Shown here: positions 1 to 8,775 of the stretch, piece after piece
Layout of the letters: the number at the start of each line of letters is the position of its first letter
Position numbering within the stretch: the first letter of the stretch is position 1
Source: a virus
Taxonomy: Duplodnaviria; Caudoviricetes
Length of the DNA stretch: 27,379 nucleotides
Reading direction: 5' to 3' (one strand)
Virus record (IMG/VR): IMGVR_UViG_3300017774_005853
Location: 1 to 27,379 of that record
The notes under the pieces: generated by a model
The model's input: the letters and a program-made list of their open reading frames with translations, nothing else
Database searches by the model: none
Told to the model about the DNA's origin: nothing
Made by a program: the position numbers and the translations under genes

Positions 1-22
1 GGAGGATAGACGCCGCTCCTCC
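1..22. other. Candidate cos (packaging) site: 6-bp inverted repeat around a 10-nt spacer
   Basis: GGAGGA (1-6) and TCCTCC (17-22) flank TAGACGCCGC, about 60 bp upstream of terS, where HK97-like phages carry cos. It lies at the window edge, so upstream context is missing. Confidence 0.35.
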
Positions 23-83
23 ACGAGACACGCGCCTGTCATTTTTTCAACTTTTAGTACAAAACTTTCAATAAATACTGAAA

Positions 84-527
84 ATGAGTAAGCCGATTTC
101 ACAGCATCGTTCCGACGGAACCTACCGAAAAGACCGCCACGGCAAGAAAAACCAGGTCGAGCCATTGACAAGCATGCCCAAAATGCCAGCAAACCTACCT
201 GATCTTTGCCGCGATATATGGCGCATGGAGGTGTCAAACCTAATCGAATGTAGGCTAATCGCCCGCAAAGACCTTCCAGCGGTAGCCGAAATGGTGCGTA
301 ACATTTTCCTTATGCAGACCACTACGGAGTTGATTGATAAGTATGGGGCGCTGATTGAAAACGATAAGGGCGGCTTAATGCGCAACCCTGCTTTTACAAC
401 GCTTGAAAAAGCGCAGTCCTTTGTACTCCAGTACCGCAAAGAGTTTGGTTTAACTTCTTTGAGCGGCCAAAAACTGGATAAGAAGGAGCCTGCCGAGGAG
501 CAAAACGAACACGACGACCTTTATTAA
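84..527 (+). CDS. terS: Terminase small subunit, P27 family
   Basis: N-terminal GTYRKDRH, PKMPANL..W, and C-terminal RNPAFT..EFGLT are typical of P27-type TerS; the gene precedes TerL. Confidence 0.9.
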   Translation: MSKPISQHRSDGTYRKDRHGKKNQVEPLTSMPKMPANLPDLCRDIWRMEVSNLIECRLIARKDLPAVAEMVRNIFLMQTTTELIDKYGALIENDKGGLMRNPAFTTLEKAQSFVLQYRKEFGLTSLSGQKLDKKEPAEEQNEHDDLY

Positions 528-536
528 AAAAGCAAA

Positions 537-1172
537 ATGAGCAAATTTATATTAGGCGATTGCATGAATGCGGAAACGGGCTTGCCGTCTTACCCGGATA
601 AGTATTTCGATCTGGCAATTGTTGACCCGCCGTATGGCAATACGGATGCAATTGGATTGACAGATAATAAAAAAACGGAAAGCCAAAAAGCAAAAAGAAC
701 AGGGTATCGGTTATTTGAGAATATTGCGCCTGACAATAGGTATTATATTGAATTAGAAAGAGTTTCTAAAAACCAAATAATTTGGGGTGGTAATTTTTTG
801 GGGCTTTGTGGTGGGGCTATTGTGTGGCAAAAAAATGGTACTTGTTTTGGGGAGGCTGAAATTGCAATTTGCTCAACCCATAAAAGTGTAAGGGTTGCGG
901 AGTACACGTGGAATGGGATGATTCAATCCAATATGAAGCACAAAGAAAACCGCATACACCCAACCCAAAAGCCCGTCGCTCTATACCGCTGGCTGCTTGA
1001 AAACTATGCCAAGCCCGGCCAACTAATCCTGGACACGCATGTTGGCAGCGCATCGAGCCTGATTGCCTGCGAAAGCATGGGCTTTGATTATGTAGGCTTT
1101 GAGATCGACTCGGATTATTATGCCGCCGCTTGCAATAGAATGAGCAAGGGTATTCAAATGGTCATGATTTAA
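537..1172 (+). CDS. DNA amino-methyltransferase (N6-adenine/N4-cytosine, beta class)
   Basis: Catalytic DPPY lies N-terminal to HPTQKP and the SAM-binding ILDTHVGSASS...GFEID motifs. Confidence 0.92.
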   Translation: MSKFILGDCMNAETGLPSYPDKYFDLAIVDPPYGNTDAIGLTDNKKTESQKAKRTGYRLFENIAPDNRYYIELERVSKNQIIWGGNFLGLCGGAIVWQKNGTCFGEAEIAICSTHKSVRVAEYTWNGMIQSNMKHKENRIHPTQKPVALYRWLLENYAKPGQLILDTHVGSASSLIACESMGFDYVGFEIDSDYYAAACNRMSKGIQMVMI

Positions 1173-1182
1173 AAACCGCTTT

Positions 1183-2256
1183 ATGCTACTCGAAAAGTAC
1201 AAGCGCTATATGAGTGATGTGCAGACCGGCAATGTGCTGGCTTGCAAGTACGTCAAACAGGCGGTAGAGCGGCAAGTGCGGGATTTATCCAGGCAAAAAA
1301 CAGACACCTTTCCGTACTACTTTGATGAAAAGGAGGCTGAAAAAAGCCTAAAGTTATTTTCCCTGCTTAAGCATACCAAAGGCGAATGGGCTACCAAGTG
1401 CCTAAATTTTCAATTGCAGGACTTCCAGGCGTTCGAGATTGCTTGCGTGTTTGGATGGAAAAAACAGCATAGCGCCTTGCGCCGCTTTACGCGGGTGTAT
1501 TCGGAGACAGCCCGAAAGTCCGGCAAGACGGAAAAGTGCGCAGGTATTCAAATCATTGGCGCGGTTGAAGGTGAAGGCGGCGCAGAGGTTTACAGTGCAG
1601 CAACAACACGCGACCAAGCGCGGATCGTATTTGACGCGACAAAGCACATGGCCAAGGAATTAAAACGCGATGGGTATAAATGGGCGAAGCCCTTTGTGGT
1701 GCAGGCGAACGATATAAAGTACGAAGCGTGTGTGATTAAGGCGCTGAGCGCAGAGGCTAAAACGCTGGATGGTAAAAACCCGCATTTTGTAATTATCGAC
1801 GAATTCCACGCGCACCCAAGCGCGGATGTGGTAAACGTAATGGAAACGGGCATGGGTGCCAGGGCGCAGCCACTTTTGTATATCATCACAACAGCGGGCT
1901 TCAACATTGAATCGCCTTGTTACGATTTGAGAAAGACGGCAACCGAAATACTGGCGGGCATTAAAGACGATGAAAGTTTTTTTACGGTGATCTATACGCT
2001 TGATGATGAGGACAATTGGGAGGATGAAACAAACTGGATAAAGGCAAACCCCAACATTGGCGCAACGCCTAAATGGGACTGGATGCGGGAACAGTTTGTA
2101 AAAGCAAAAAACGAAGGCTTTGCAAAGCGGGTGGAGTTTCTGACTAAGAACCTCAATTTGTGGCAAAACCAAAAAGAAACATGGATTGCCGATGAAGTTT
2201 ACCAGGAATGCGCAAGCGAGGATTTGTTTTTGAGTTGGGCTAAATATTTGAACTGA
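1183..2256 (+). CDS. terL: Terminase large subunit, N-terminal ATPase part
   Basis: Walker A ARKSGKT, Walker B VIIDEFH, coupling motif IITTAG, and WIKANPNIG. The ORF stops in the inter-domain linker. Confidence 0.93.
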   Translation: MLLEKYKRYMSDVQTGNVLACKYVKQAVERQVRDLSRQKTDTFPYYFDEKEAEKSLKLFSLLKHTKGEWATKCLNFQLQDFQAFEIACVFGWKKQHSALRRFTRVYSETARKSGKTEKCAGIQIIGAVEGEGGAEVYSAATTRDQARIVFDATKHMAKELKRDGYKWAKPFVVQANDIKYEACVIKALSAEAKTLDGKNPHFVIIDEFHAHPSADVVNVMETGMGARAQPLLYIITTAGFNIESPCYDLRKTATEILAGIKDDESFFTVIYTLDDEDNWEDETNWIKANPNIGATPKWDWMREQFVKAKNEGFAKRVEFLTKNLNLWQNQKETWIADEVYQECASEDLFLSWAKYLN

Positions 2257-2909
2257 TGGATTTGCAATACTGCTATGCTGGTTTAGACCTTGCCGCCACA
2301 AATGACTTTAACGCTGCAAGTTTCCTTTTCCCGCCCACATACGGGCAGGCAAAGCCACTGCTTACGCGGTTTTTCTGGATACCAGAAGCGAAGGCAGAGC
2401 AGCGCATAAAGAACAATCCAAGTTTCAAAAAATGGGAGGATGAAGGCTATTTGGAAATAACACCGGGCAATGTCACGGACTACGACTACATAAGGGCGGT
2501 GTTTAACAAAATCCGGGATCGAGGTATTGATATTCGGGTGATTGCTTTTGACCCCGCCTACTCCTATTCATTGATACCTGGATTGATGGCCGATGGGTTT
2601 ACGTGTGAAAAATTCTCTCAATCGCTCATGTCGATGGGGCCAATGGTAAAGGAGTTGGAAAAATTGTTGATTTCCGGCGAAATCATGCACGATGGTAGCC
2701 CCGTTTCACGATGGATGTACGGGAATGTAGAATTGTACATGGGGCCAAACGACCTATATAGGCCAATCAAAAACGCCAAAAAGCCAGAAGCAAAAATAGA
2801 CGGCGTGGTCGCCGATATCATGGCCGTTGGCCAATGGAAAGCAGAGGACAGTAAACCAAAAGCCGGATCGTATTTGTTCGAGGAAGGCGCAAAATTAATA
2901 GCACTATGA
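2256..2909 (+). CDS. terL: Terminase large subunit, C-terminal RNase H-like nuclease part (separate ORF)
   Basis: CYAGLDLA, AFDP and KIDGVVA nuclease motifs; the ATG overlaps the upstream stop (TGATG, 2254-2258). Confidence 0.9.
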   Translation: MDLQYCYAGLDLAATNDFNAASFLFPPTYGQAKPLLTRFFWIPEAKAEQRIKNNPSFKKWEDEGYLEITPGNVTDYDYIRAVFNKIRDRGIDIRVIAFDPAYSYSLIPGLMADGFTCEKFSQSLMSMGPMVKELEKLLISGEIMHDGSPVSRWMYGNVELYMGPNDLYRPIKNAKKPEAKIDGVVADIMAVGQWKAEDSKPKAGSYLFEEGAKLIAL

Positions 2910-3505
2910 AATTCCAAGAAAGCGCCACGGCGCACTACTACCTTGATGGGCTTAACGGCATCGAAATTGGCGGCAGCGCACACAATGCATTTGGCTTAAA
3001 TACGCTCAACGTAGACAAGTTTGGCTCAACCGATCCACGCTCCGCGCACTACCGATCTGAGCAAATACGCATTACCTCAATGGACGGCGGTACGCCCGAA
3101 ATAATGGCGGTGGACGTAATTGCGCCGGGTGATAAGTTGCCGTTCCCAAATAAAAAATTTGACTTTGTAATTAGTTCCCATGTGCTGGAGCATTTTTATG
3201 ACCCGATTGCTGCATTAAAAGAATGGATGCGTGTAGCCTCTAAGTACATTTTCTGCATTGTGCCTAAACGCGATGCGCTGCCAAGCGATGTTGGGCGCGA
3301 TGTGACAACCATTGCAGATCTAATCGAGCGCCACAACTCCAAAGAAAGCCTACCGGATACGGATGAACACCACACTGTATTTGATACCGGACTAATCCGG
3401 GATATTGCCGAACATCTTGGCGTAGAAATGCACATCTGGGAAACGGATGATAAGGCCGGAAACGGCCACGCTTTTTTGATTGACCTAAACGCCCCATTGA
3501 AATAA
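2906..3505 (+). CDS. Class I SAM-dependent methyltransferase (Methyltransf_11-like)
   Basis: GIEIGG motif I and LPFPNKKFDFVISSHVLEH..DP..ALKEWMRV; ATGA overlap with the terL nuclease ORF. Confidence 0.88.
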   Translation: MKFQESATAHYYLDGLNGIEIGGSAHNAFGLNTLNVDKFGSTDPRSAHYRSEQIRITSMDGGTPEIMAVDVIAPGDKLPFPNKKFDFVISSHVLEHFYDPIAALKEWMRVASKYIFCIVPKRDALPSDVGRDVTTIADLIERHNSKESLPDTDEHHTVFDTGLIRDIAEHLGVEMHIWETDDKAGNGHAFLIDLNAPLK

Positions 3506-3511
3506 GACCAA

Positions 3512-4447
3512 ATGAGAAAGATATTAGTTTATATTCCTGATGGCATGTCCGGCGTAGGATACTGGCGCTTTTACCGCCCATTTGCCGAAATGAGAAAGCA
3601 GTTCCGGGGCGAACTGGAGTTCGAATACCGGAACAAGATGTATATAGACGACATCTACAAATTTGACCTTGTAATCTTTTCGCGCCCTTCGGATGATAAC
3701 GCCCTAAATGCAATGCGCGTCTGCGCGGGCGCGGGCATTCCAACAATTTTGGACATTGACGACGATTTGATAAATTTACCAAAAGAGCATCCGCTTTTCT
3801 GGGACTATTACACGGCAAAAAACAATCTGATTGAATCCTTTTCGCTGGCAAACGCCATTTGGGTAAGTACTGAGCAGTTGCTTTATGTTACTGATTCATT
3901 GAAAAAAGGGGTAATTGTAAAAAATGCTATCCTCCCAAGTGAACTGCCGGACAAGCCCGCTCCTTTTACAAACAAATGGTGCTGGCGCGGCGGCATTGCA
4001 TCGCAGGCCGATTTATACTTTGCCCGTGACTGGTACGATGAATTAAAAACACAGGCTTCTGAGTTTCATTTCATCGGCTACGACGGTATGCTTTTTTTGA
4101 AGCACGGGCCGTCCTACCGCTTTAAAAGATGGGAAAGGAATACAGAGGCGTATATGGAAGGCATCAAAAAGGGCGGCTTTAATGTGATCTGGAAGCCACT
4201 GGAGGACAATGCTTTTAACCGCTCAAAGTCAAATATTGCCTGGATAGAAGCTACAATGGGCGGCGGGGCGTGTTTGACCAATTTACAAAGTGATGGATGG
4301 ACAGAGTCGATCTGGAGAGATTCGTGTATTGATAAAGAAACCATTGACGGACATTGGGAGGATTCCGCAGGATGGATAAAAAAATACTACAACCTCCATA
4401 CCGAAAACCAAAAGCGTTTTGAGGTGATAAAAGCGCTATGCCCATGA
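3512..4447 (+). CDS. Glycosyltransferase, GT-B fold (GT4-like, phage type)
   Basis: SGVGYWRFYRP, ILDIDDDL, IWVSTEQL and PLEDNAFNRSKSNIAWIE motifs. Confidence 0.85.
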   Translation: MRKILVYIPDGMSGVGYWRFYRPFAEMRKQFRGELEFEYRNKMYIDDIYKFDLVIFSRPSDDNALNAMRVCAGAGIPTILDIDDDLINLPKEHPLFWDYYTAKNNLIESFSLANAIWVSTEQLLYVTDSLKKGVIVKNAILPSELPDKPAPFTNKWCWRGGIASQADLYFARDWYDELKTQASEFHFIGYDGMLFLKHGPSYRFKRWERNTEAYMEGIKKGGFNVIWKPLEDNAFNRSKSNIAWIEATMGGGACLTNLQSDGWTESIWRDSCIDKETIDGHWEDSAGWIKKYYNLHTENQKRFEVIKALCP

Positions 4448-4980
4448 AAACACATATTCTTATTGACTGTATTGGCCCCGCTTGCAACGAATGGGCAAAA
4501 GGCGTGTATCTTATAAAAGGAGATTCCGGCTGGAGAAAAATAGGCTTTTCAAATGACGTGTTTGATCGCTGCTATGGGACAAGACCAAGCGCTTTGCAAA
4601 ACGGCCTTTTGTGGCCTATATTTCCATTATATAACTATCAATCAGTTGCGTTTAGAGGTATCGAGTGGCGATTGCATAAAAAATTTGAAAAAAACAAAAA
4701 GTGCCCGCCAAACCATTTTGCATCTGGAACATCGGAGTGGTTTTATTTTGACGACCCATCTTATATTGATAATAACTTTATAGAGGAGTGTATAGCGGCA
4801 GAGATTGATGATCTTAAAAATTCCTGTTTTGATCTTAAAAAGAAAACAGTGGTTCGCCATATCCCGTTTGAGCATGAGTATGCGCCTGATTGGTACGTGG
4901 TAGATATGGTCAATAAGGTAGATGATATAAAAATGCGAAAAACCTTGGATGTATTTGCTAATATAAAGATAGGAAGATGA
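4444..4980 (+). CDS. GIY-YIG superfamily nuclease, T5orf172/MUG113-like
   Basis: VYLIK..KIGFS..R, IEWRLHKKF and SEWF; AT-rich. Start set at the ATGA overlap at 4444 (track starts at 4438). Confidence 0.75.
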   Translation: MKTHILIDCIGPACNEWAKGVYLIKGDSGWRKIGFSNDVFDRCYGTRPSALQNGLLWPIFPLYNYQSVAFRGIEWRLHKKFEKNKKCPPNHFASGTSEWFYFDDPSYIDNNFIEECIAAEIDDLKNSCFDLKKKTVVRHIPFEHEYAPDWYVVDMVNKVDDIKMRKTLDVFANIKIGR

Positions 4981-5234
4981 AAAAAATAACATTCGAGCAG
5001 TTTGAAAAAGTCTACATCGACTGCCTGGGCGCGTTTTCGGAAGATCGAAACCCATGCTTTAAAGCCTTTGAGGCAGCGCGGGCAATCGTTGCTGAAAAGT
5101 ACGGCAATCCCAAGTACAACAGCTATGAAGCGTTCAAAGCGTGCCTTTCGCGCCATCGCAAAGCCCGCCGAAGCGCCGTAATGCTTAAACAGGTTAGCAT
5201 AAGCGTGAGCGAGGTTAGCAAAACACTAAATTAA
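4977..5234 (+). CDS. Small basic hypothetical protein, possibly DNA-binding
   Basis: 85 aa, ATGA-coupled, helical, with KYNSYEAFK and a basic C-terminus. Confidence 0.65.
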   Translation: MKKITFEQFEKVYIDCLGAFSEDRNPCFKAFEAARAIVAEKYGNPKYNSYEAFKACLSRHRKARRSAVMLKQVSISVSEVSKTLN

Positions 5235-5235
5235 C

Positions 5236-5247
5236 GCCTATATAGGC
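5236..5247. promoter_or_regulatory. Perfect 12-bp palindrome upstream of the portal gene
   Basis: GCCTATATAGGC in the intergenic gap, followed by CATTTTTG, one mismatch from the Bacteroidota -7 element TAnnTTTG. Confidence 0.3.
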
Positions 5248-5272
5248 CGCATTTTTGTACTTAAATACAATC

Positions 5273-6598
5273 ATGCGGCTTTTCGGCTTAAATATATCAT
5301 GGGGTAAAACCCAGCAGGAGCAAGACAACAGTTCCCGCAGCGCACAAGGTGCGTTTGAGTGGCCGTGGGGCAATCTAAATGCGCCTTATCAACCCATGAA
5401 TGGGGCGGATGTGTTTGTTTCTCAGGAAACCGCGCTTAGTGTTCCTGCTATCTGGTCGGCAGTCAATGTGGTCGCCAATACTTTGGCCGCTTTGCCTTTT
5501 GATTTGTACGATAAGACAGACGCAGGCGCAGAACTTGCTATTAGCCATCCGCTTTACTACCTCACCAAAACAGAGCCAGACGATTATGTGACGGGCTTTG
5601 AGTTTCGCCGCAATCTTTTTGTAGATGCCTGCTTTGGCAATGCTTATGCCCGCATCTACCGAAATGGTATTGGCCGTCCGTACAAATTTGAGTACATACC
5701 GCGCCGCCGTGTAATGCCTTACAAGGATAGCCAAGGCAAGCCGTTTTATTTTGTGACAATGCGGGACGGGTCGGTTGATACGTTGCAGCCTTACGAGATT
5801 TTGCACATCAAAGGCATTTCCTTAGATGGCTTTATCGGCGAGGATATAACGGTCCGCCACAGCACAAGTATTTCCACCTCTATCGCAGCCGATAAATACG
5901 GCAACTACTTTTTTGGCAACGGCGCCAACCCTTCCGGAGTGATTGGGTACCCTGGTGTGTTAAGCGCCGCTCAACGTTCCATCCTGGAAGATAATTTCAA
6001 CCGGCGCAACGCAGGCGTGCAAAATGTAGGGAAAAACCTGGTCATTGACGGCGGCATGACCTATACAAAAATAGGCCAAACGCCAGAGGAAGCAATGCTG
6101 AATGAAACGCGCAACTTCCAGGTGAACGAATCTGCCCGAATCTTTGGCGTTCCTGCGCACCTGCTCCAACAACTCGACCGCGCAACCTTTAATAACATTG
6201 AAACCATGAACATTCAGTTTGTGGTACTATGCTTGAAGCCGTGGGCGGTGCAGTTTGAGCAGGAAATGTTTATTAAGACGCTGACCAAAGCCGAAAAGGT
6301 AAACTCTGGTTTTTTCTACCGCTTAAACCTAACCGGACTGCTCCGTGGTGACACGAAGGCACGGACAGAGATGTATGCGAGTGGCATTCTAAACGGATGG
6401 CTTACGCGCAACGAAGCGCGGACAATGGAAGACTTAAACATTATTGAAGGATTAGACAGCCCGCTTATGCAGGCTAACATGTCAATTATTGACGAATCGG
6501 GCAATGTGAAACTGCCGGAAACGCCAGACAGTCAAAGTGCACAAGATCAAACACAAACAAACACTACCGATGCACAACAGCCGCAAGCAAGCAAATAG
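5273..6598 (+). CDS. Portal protein, HK97 family
   Basis: ALSVPAIWSAV, EILHIKG, FFGNGANPSG, IFGVPAHLL, ATFNNIE, LLRGD and TRNEAR. Start set at ATG 5273 (track uses TTG 5255). Confidence 0.96.
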   Translation: MRLFGLNISWGKTQQEQDNSSRSAQGAFEWPWGNLNAPYQPMNGADVFVSQETALSVPAIWSAVNVVANTLAALPFDLYDKTDAGAELAISHPLYYLTKTEPDDYVTGFEFRRNLFVDACFGNAYARIYRNGIGRPYKFEYIPRRRVMPYKDSQGKPFYFVTMRDGSVDTLQPYEILHIKGISLDGFIGEDITVRHSTSISTSIAADKYGNYFFGNGANPSGVIGYPGVLSAAQRSILEDNFNRRNAGVQNVGKNLVIDGGMTYTKIGQTPEEAMLNETRNFQVNESARIFGVPAHLLQQLDRATFNNIETMNIQFVVLCLKPWAVQFEQEMFIKTLTKAEKVNSGFFYRLNLTGLLRGDTKARTEMYASGILNGWLTRNEARTMEDLNIIEGLDSPLMQANMSIIDESGNVKLPETPDSQSAQDQTQTNTTDAQQPQASK

Positions 6599-7508
6599 CC
6601 CGCAGGTGCGATACGCCTTTTGCGAACAGTCGCAGGCGCGTGTCGTATCGGAAGAAAGCCGCACGATTCGCGGTTATGGTGTAGTATTCAATAAACCATC
6701 GGTGCAACTGCGCATTGCTGGTAAAATCTGCCGTGAAATCATCCGGCCCGAAGCCGTGACTGGCGTAGACTTGTCGCGCTGCCTTTCAATGCACAACCAT
6801 GACGCAAACCGCCTGCTTGGCAATGCCGAAGCAGGCACCATGCGCACGGGCGTTGATGAAATTGGCGTGTGGTACGAAGTTGATCTACCAAACAGCCCAA
6901 CGGGCGAGGATGTGCTCGAAAGCGTAAAGCGTGGCGACACCAAAGGCAGTTCCTTCCAATTTGATTTGGCGGCAAATGGTTCGACCATGCAAAGCCGCGA
7001 TGGCGGTCTTATCCATGAGGTAACACAATTCGGAAACGTGTACGAAATGGGGCCGGTAACTACACCCGCATACCCCGACACCACCGCCTCCAAGCGCCTG
7101 AAGTTTTTCCGTGATGATATGGAAGGCGAAGGCGGCGAAATGCCATCGGCAGAAGAAATGATGGAGCCTTCTTGGCAAATTGGATACATGGTATCAATGG
7201 CCGCATGGTCATTGCAAGACCTAAACTATATCATTGGTTGCGCAAACGATCAAATGGGAACCATTGAAAGCGTAGCCGCAGGCGGCACCGCAAATGCAGG
7301 TGTTTTTTCAGCGCTTATGCAGCCTTTGCAGGACTTGAAAAGTGCTGCCCAAAGAGTAATTGACGGCTATGCCGATTCTATAAAAACATTGAATAATTCA
7401 CCGGCGCGAAGCGCTGATATTCCAAATCAAATTCATTCTTTAATTGAGGCGCGCAAAAGAGACCTGGACTTGTTGCAAGTTTGGGCCGACGCCATAAAAT
7501 CAAATTAA
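6570..7508 (+). CDS. Prohead maturation protease, HK97 family, with an extended C-terminus
   Basis: IRGYGVVFN, HNHD..LLG, VKRGD..GSSFQF and PVTTPAYPDT. Start uncertain (6537 or 6570). Confidence 0.92.
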   Translation: MHNSRKQANSPQVRYAFCEQSQARVVSEESRTIRGYGVVFNKPSVQLRIAGKICREIIRPEAVTGVDLSRCLSMHNHDANRLLGNAEAGTMRTGVDEIGVWYEVDLPNSPTGEDVLESVKRGDTKGSSFQFDLAANGSTMQSRDGGLIHEVTQFGNVYEMGPVTTPAYPDTTASKRLKFFRDDMEGEGGEMPSAEEMMEPSWQIGYMVSMAAWSLQDLNYIIGCANDQMGTIESVAAGGTANAGVFSALMQPLQDLKSAAQRVIDGYADSIKTLNNSPARSADIPNQIHSLIEARKRDLDLLQVWADAIKSN

Positions 7509-7509
7509 A

Positions 7510-8766
7510 ATGTCTAAACTACTTGAATTGCAAGCGCGCCTCGATGCAAACATACGCGCTGCACAATCATTGAATGCACGGGCAAATCCCGAAACCGGCG
7601 GCTTCGCTGACGACCTTGACAAGCAGCAGTATCTTCGGTTGACGACTGAAATTTCCGAAATTCGCGAAAGCGTTTCCCGCTTCAAGGCGATGGAAGAAAT
7701 GGAAAAGCTGGCTGCCGAAACGGAATACCGCACTGCGAAAAACGCAAGCAGCACCGAGCCAATGACCTACGAGCGGGCGTTCGACAAATGGCTTTGTTTA
7801 GGCAAAGACCAGGTGCTTGACCCCGAAGCGAAGCGGATGCTCGAAACCCGCGGCACTTCTACGCAGATCACAACCACAAACAGCCTTGGCGGTTTCTTGG
7901 TGCCTGTGTCGTTTTCCAACCAATTGGAAAATATGATGAAGTACTACTCCAGTATGCGTGCTTACTGCCAGATTTACGCGGACACCATTGGCGGCACCTT
8001 GAATTATCCAACCGGCGACGATACCTCGGTAACGGGTAACGTAAATACCGCAGCAAACCAGGCGGCAGACCGTACCGTTTCCGATTTGACCTTTGGCAAT
8101 GTTACCCTTGGGGACTGGATCATTGATTCGGGTATCATCAAGGTGAACCAGGCGCTTTTGAATGATGAACGTGTAGGGCTTTTGCAAAACGTCCTGCTTG
8201 AAAACCTGTCTAACCGTATCGGCCGCCGTGAAAACACAATGCTTACCAACGGCACAGGCACCAACCAGTCTTACGGCTTAACCGTCGCGTCTACCGCGAC
8301 TGGTATCACTACCGCAGCGGCTACCGCAATCACTAAAAACGAGTTGACGCGCTTAATTTACAGCGTTGACCGCGCTTACCGCGTAGGCCCGAAGGTCGGC
8401 TGGATGATGCACGATTCAATCCTTGGCTACTTGCGCACGCTTGATTTTACAGCGTCGCAGTATACCAATATTTTTGTACAGGGCAATCTGATTACTGGAG
8501 AGCCTGACCGTTTGCTTGGCTATCCGGTGTTTATCAATAACGATTTACCCGCAGCCACAGGCGCGACCGGCCTGCCAGTCACCGCAACAAAGCACATTTA
8601 CTTTGGTGACTTCTCCAAGTACGTGATCCGTACCATCCAAAATGTTTCCATTTCGCGCAACGACCAATTGTATTGGGCGGGATTAAACGTTGGCTTTATG
8701 GGTTACGAGCGCCTGGACGGTAACTTGATTAATCAAAACGCAATCAAGCCACTGCTTCAAGCATAA
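7510..8766 (+). CDS. Major capsid protein, HK97 fold, with N-terminal delta domain
   Basis: Coiled-coil N-terminus, GGFLVP, NGTGT, WMMH, LLGYPV, YFGDFSKY and ERLDG. Confidence 0.96.
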   Translation: MSKLLELQARLDANIRAAQSLNARANPETGGFADDLDKQQYLRLTTEISEIRESVSRFKAMEEMEKLAAETEYRTAKNASSTEPMTYERAFDKWLCLGKDQVLDPEAKRMLETRGTSTQITTTNSLGGFLVPVSFSNQLENMMKYYSSMRAYCQIYADTIGGTLNYPTGDDTSVTGNVNTAANQAADRTVSDLTFGNVTLGDWIIDSGIIKVNQALLNDERVGLLQNVLLENLSNRIGRRENTMLTNGTGTNQSYGLTVASTATGITTAAATAITKNELTRLIYSVDRAYRVGPKVGWMMHDSILGYLRTLDFTASQYTNIFVQGNLITGEPDRLLGYPVFINNDLPAATGATGLPVTATKHIYFGDFSKYVIRTIQNVSISRNDQLYWAGLNVGFMGYERLDGNLINQNAIKPLLQA

Positions 8767-8775
8767 ATATAAATA

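Noticed and set aside
2221-2243. T-run (GTTTTTG) as a -1 slippery site for terL
   Set aside because: A -1 shift there meets TAA at 2241-2243 before reaching the nuclease ORF.
2254-2290. Stop-codon readthrough or genetic-code reassignment to join the terL halves
   Set aside because: The nuclease half is in a different frame, and reading through TGA meets TAG within 10 codons. TAA, TAG and TGA all end genes normally elsewhere in the window.
1660-3851. Minus-strand ORFs 1660..2301, 2618..2983 and 3264..3851
   Set aside because: Antisense to well-supported terminase, methyltransferase and glycosyltransferase genes.
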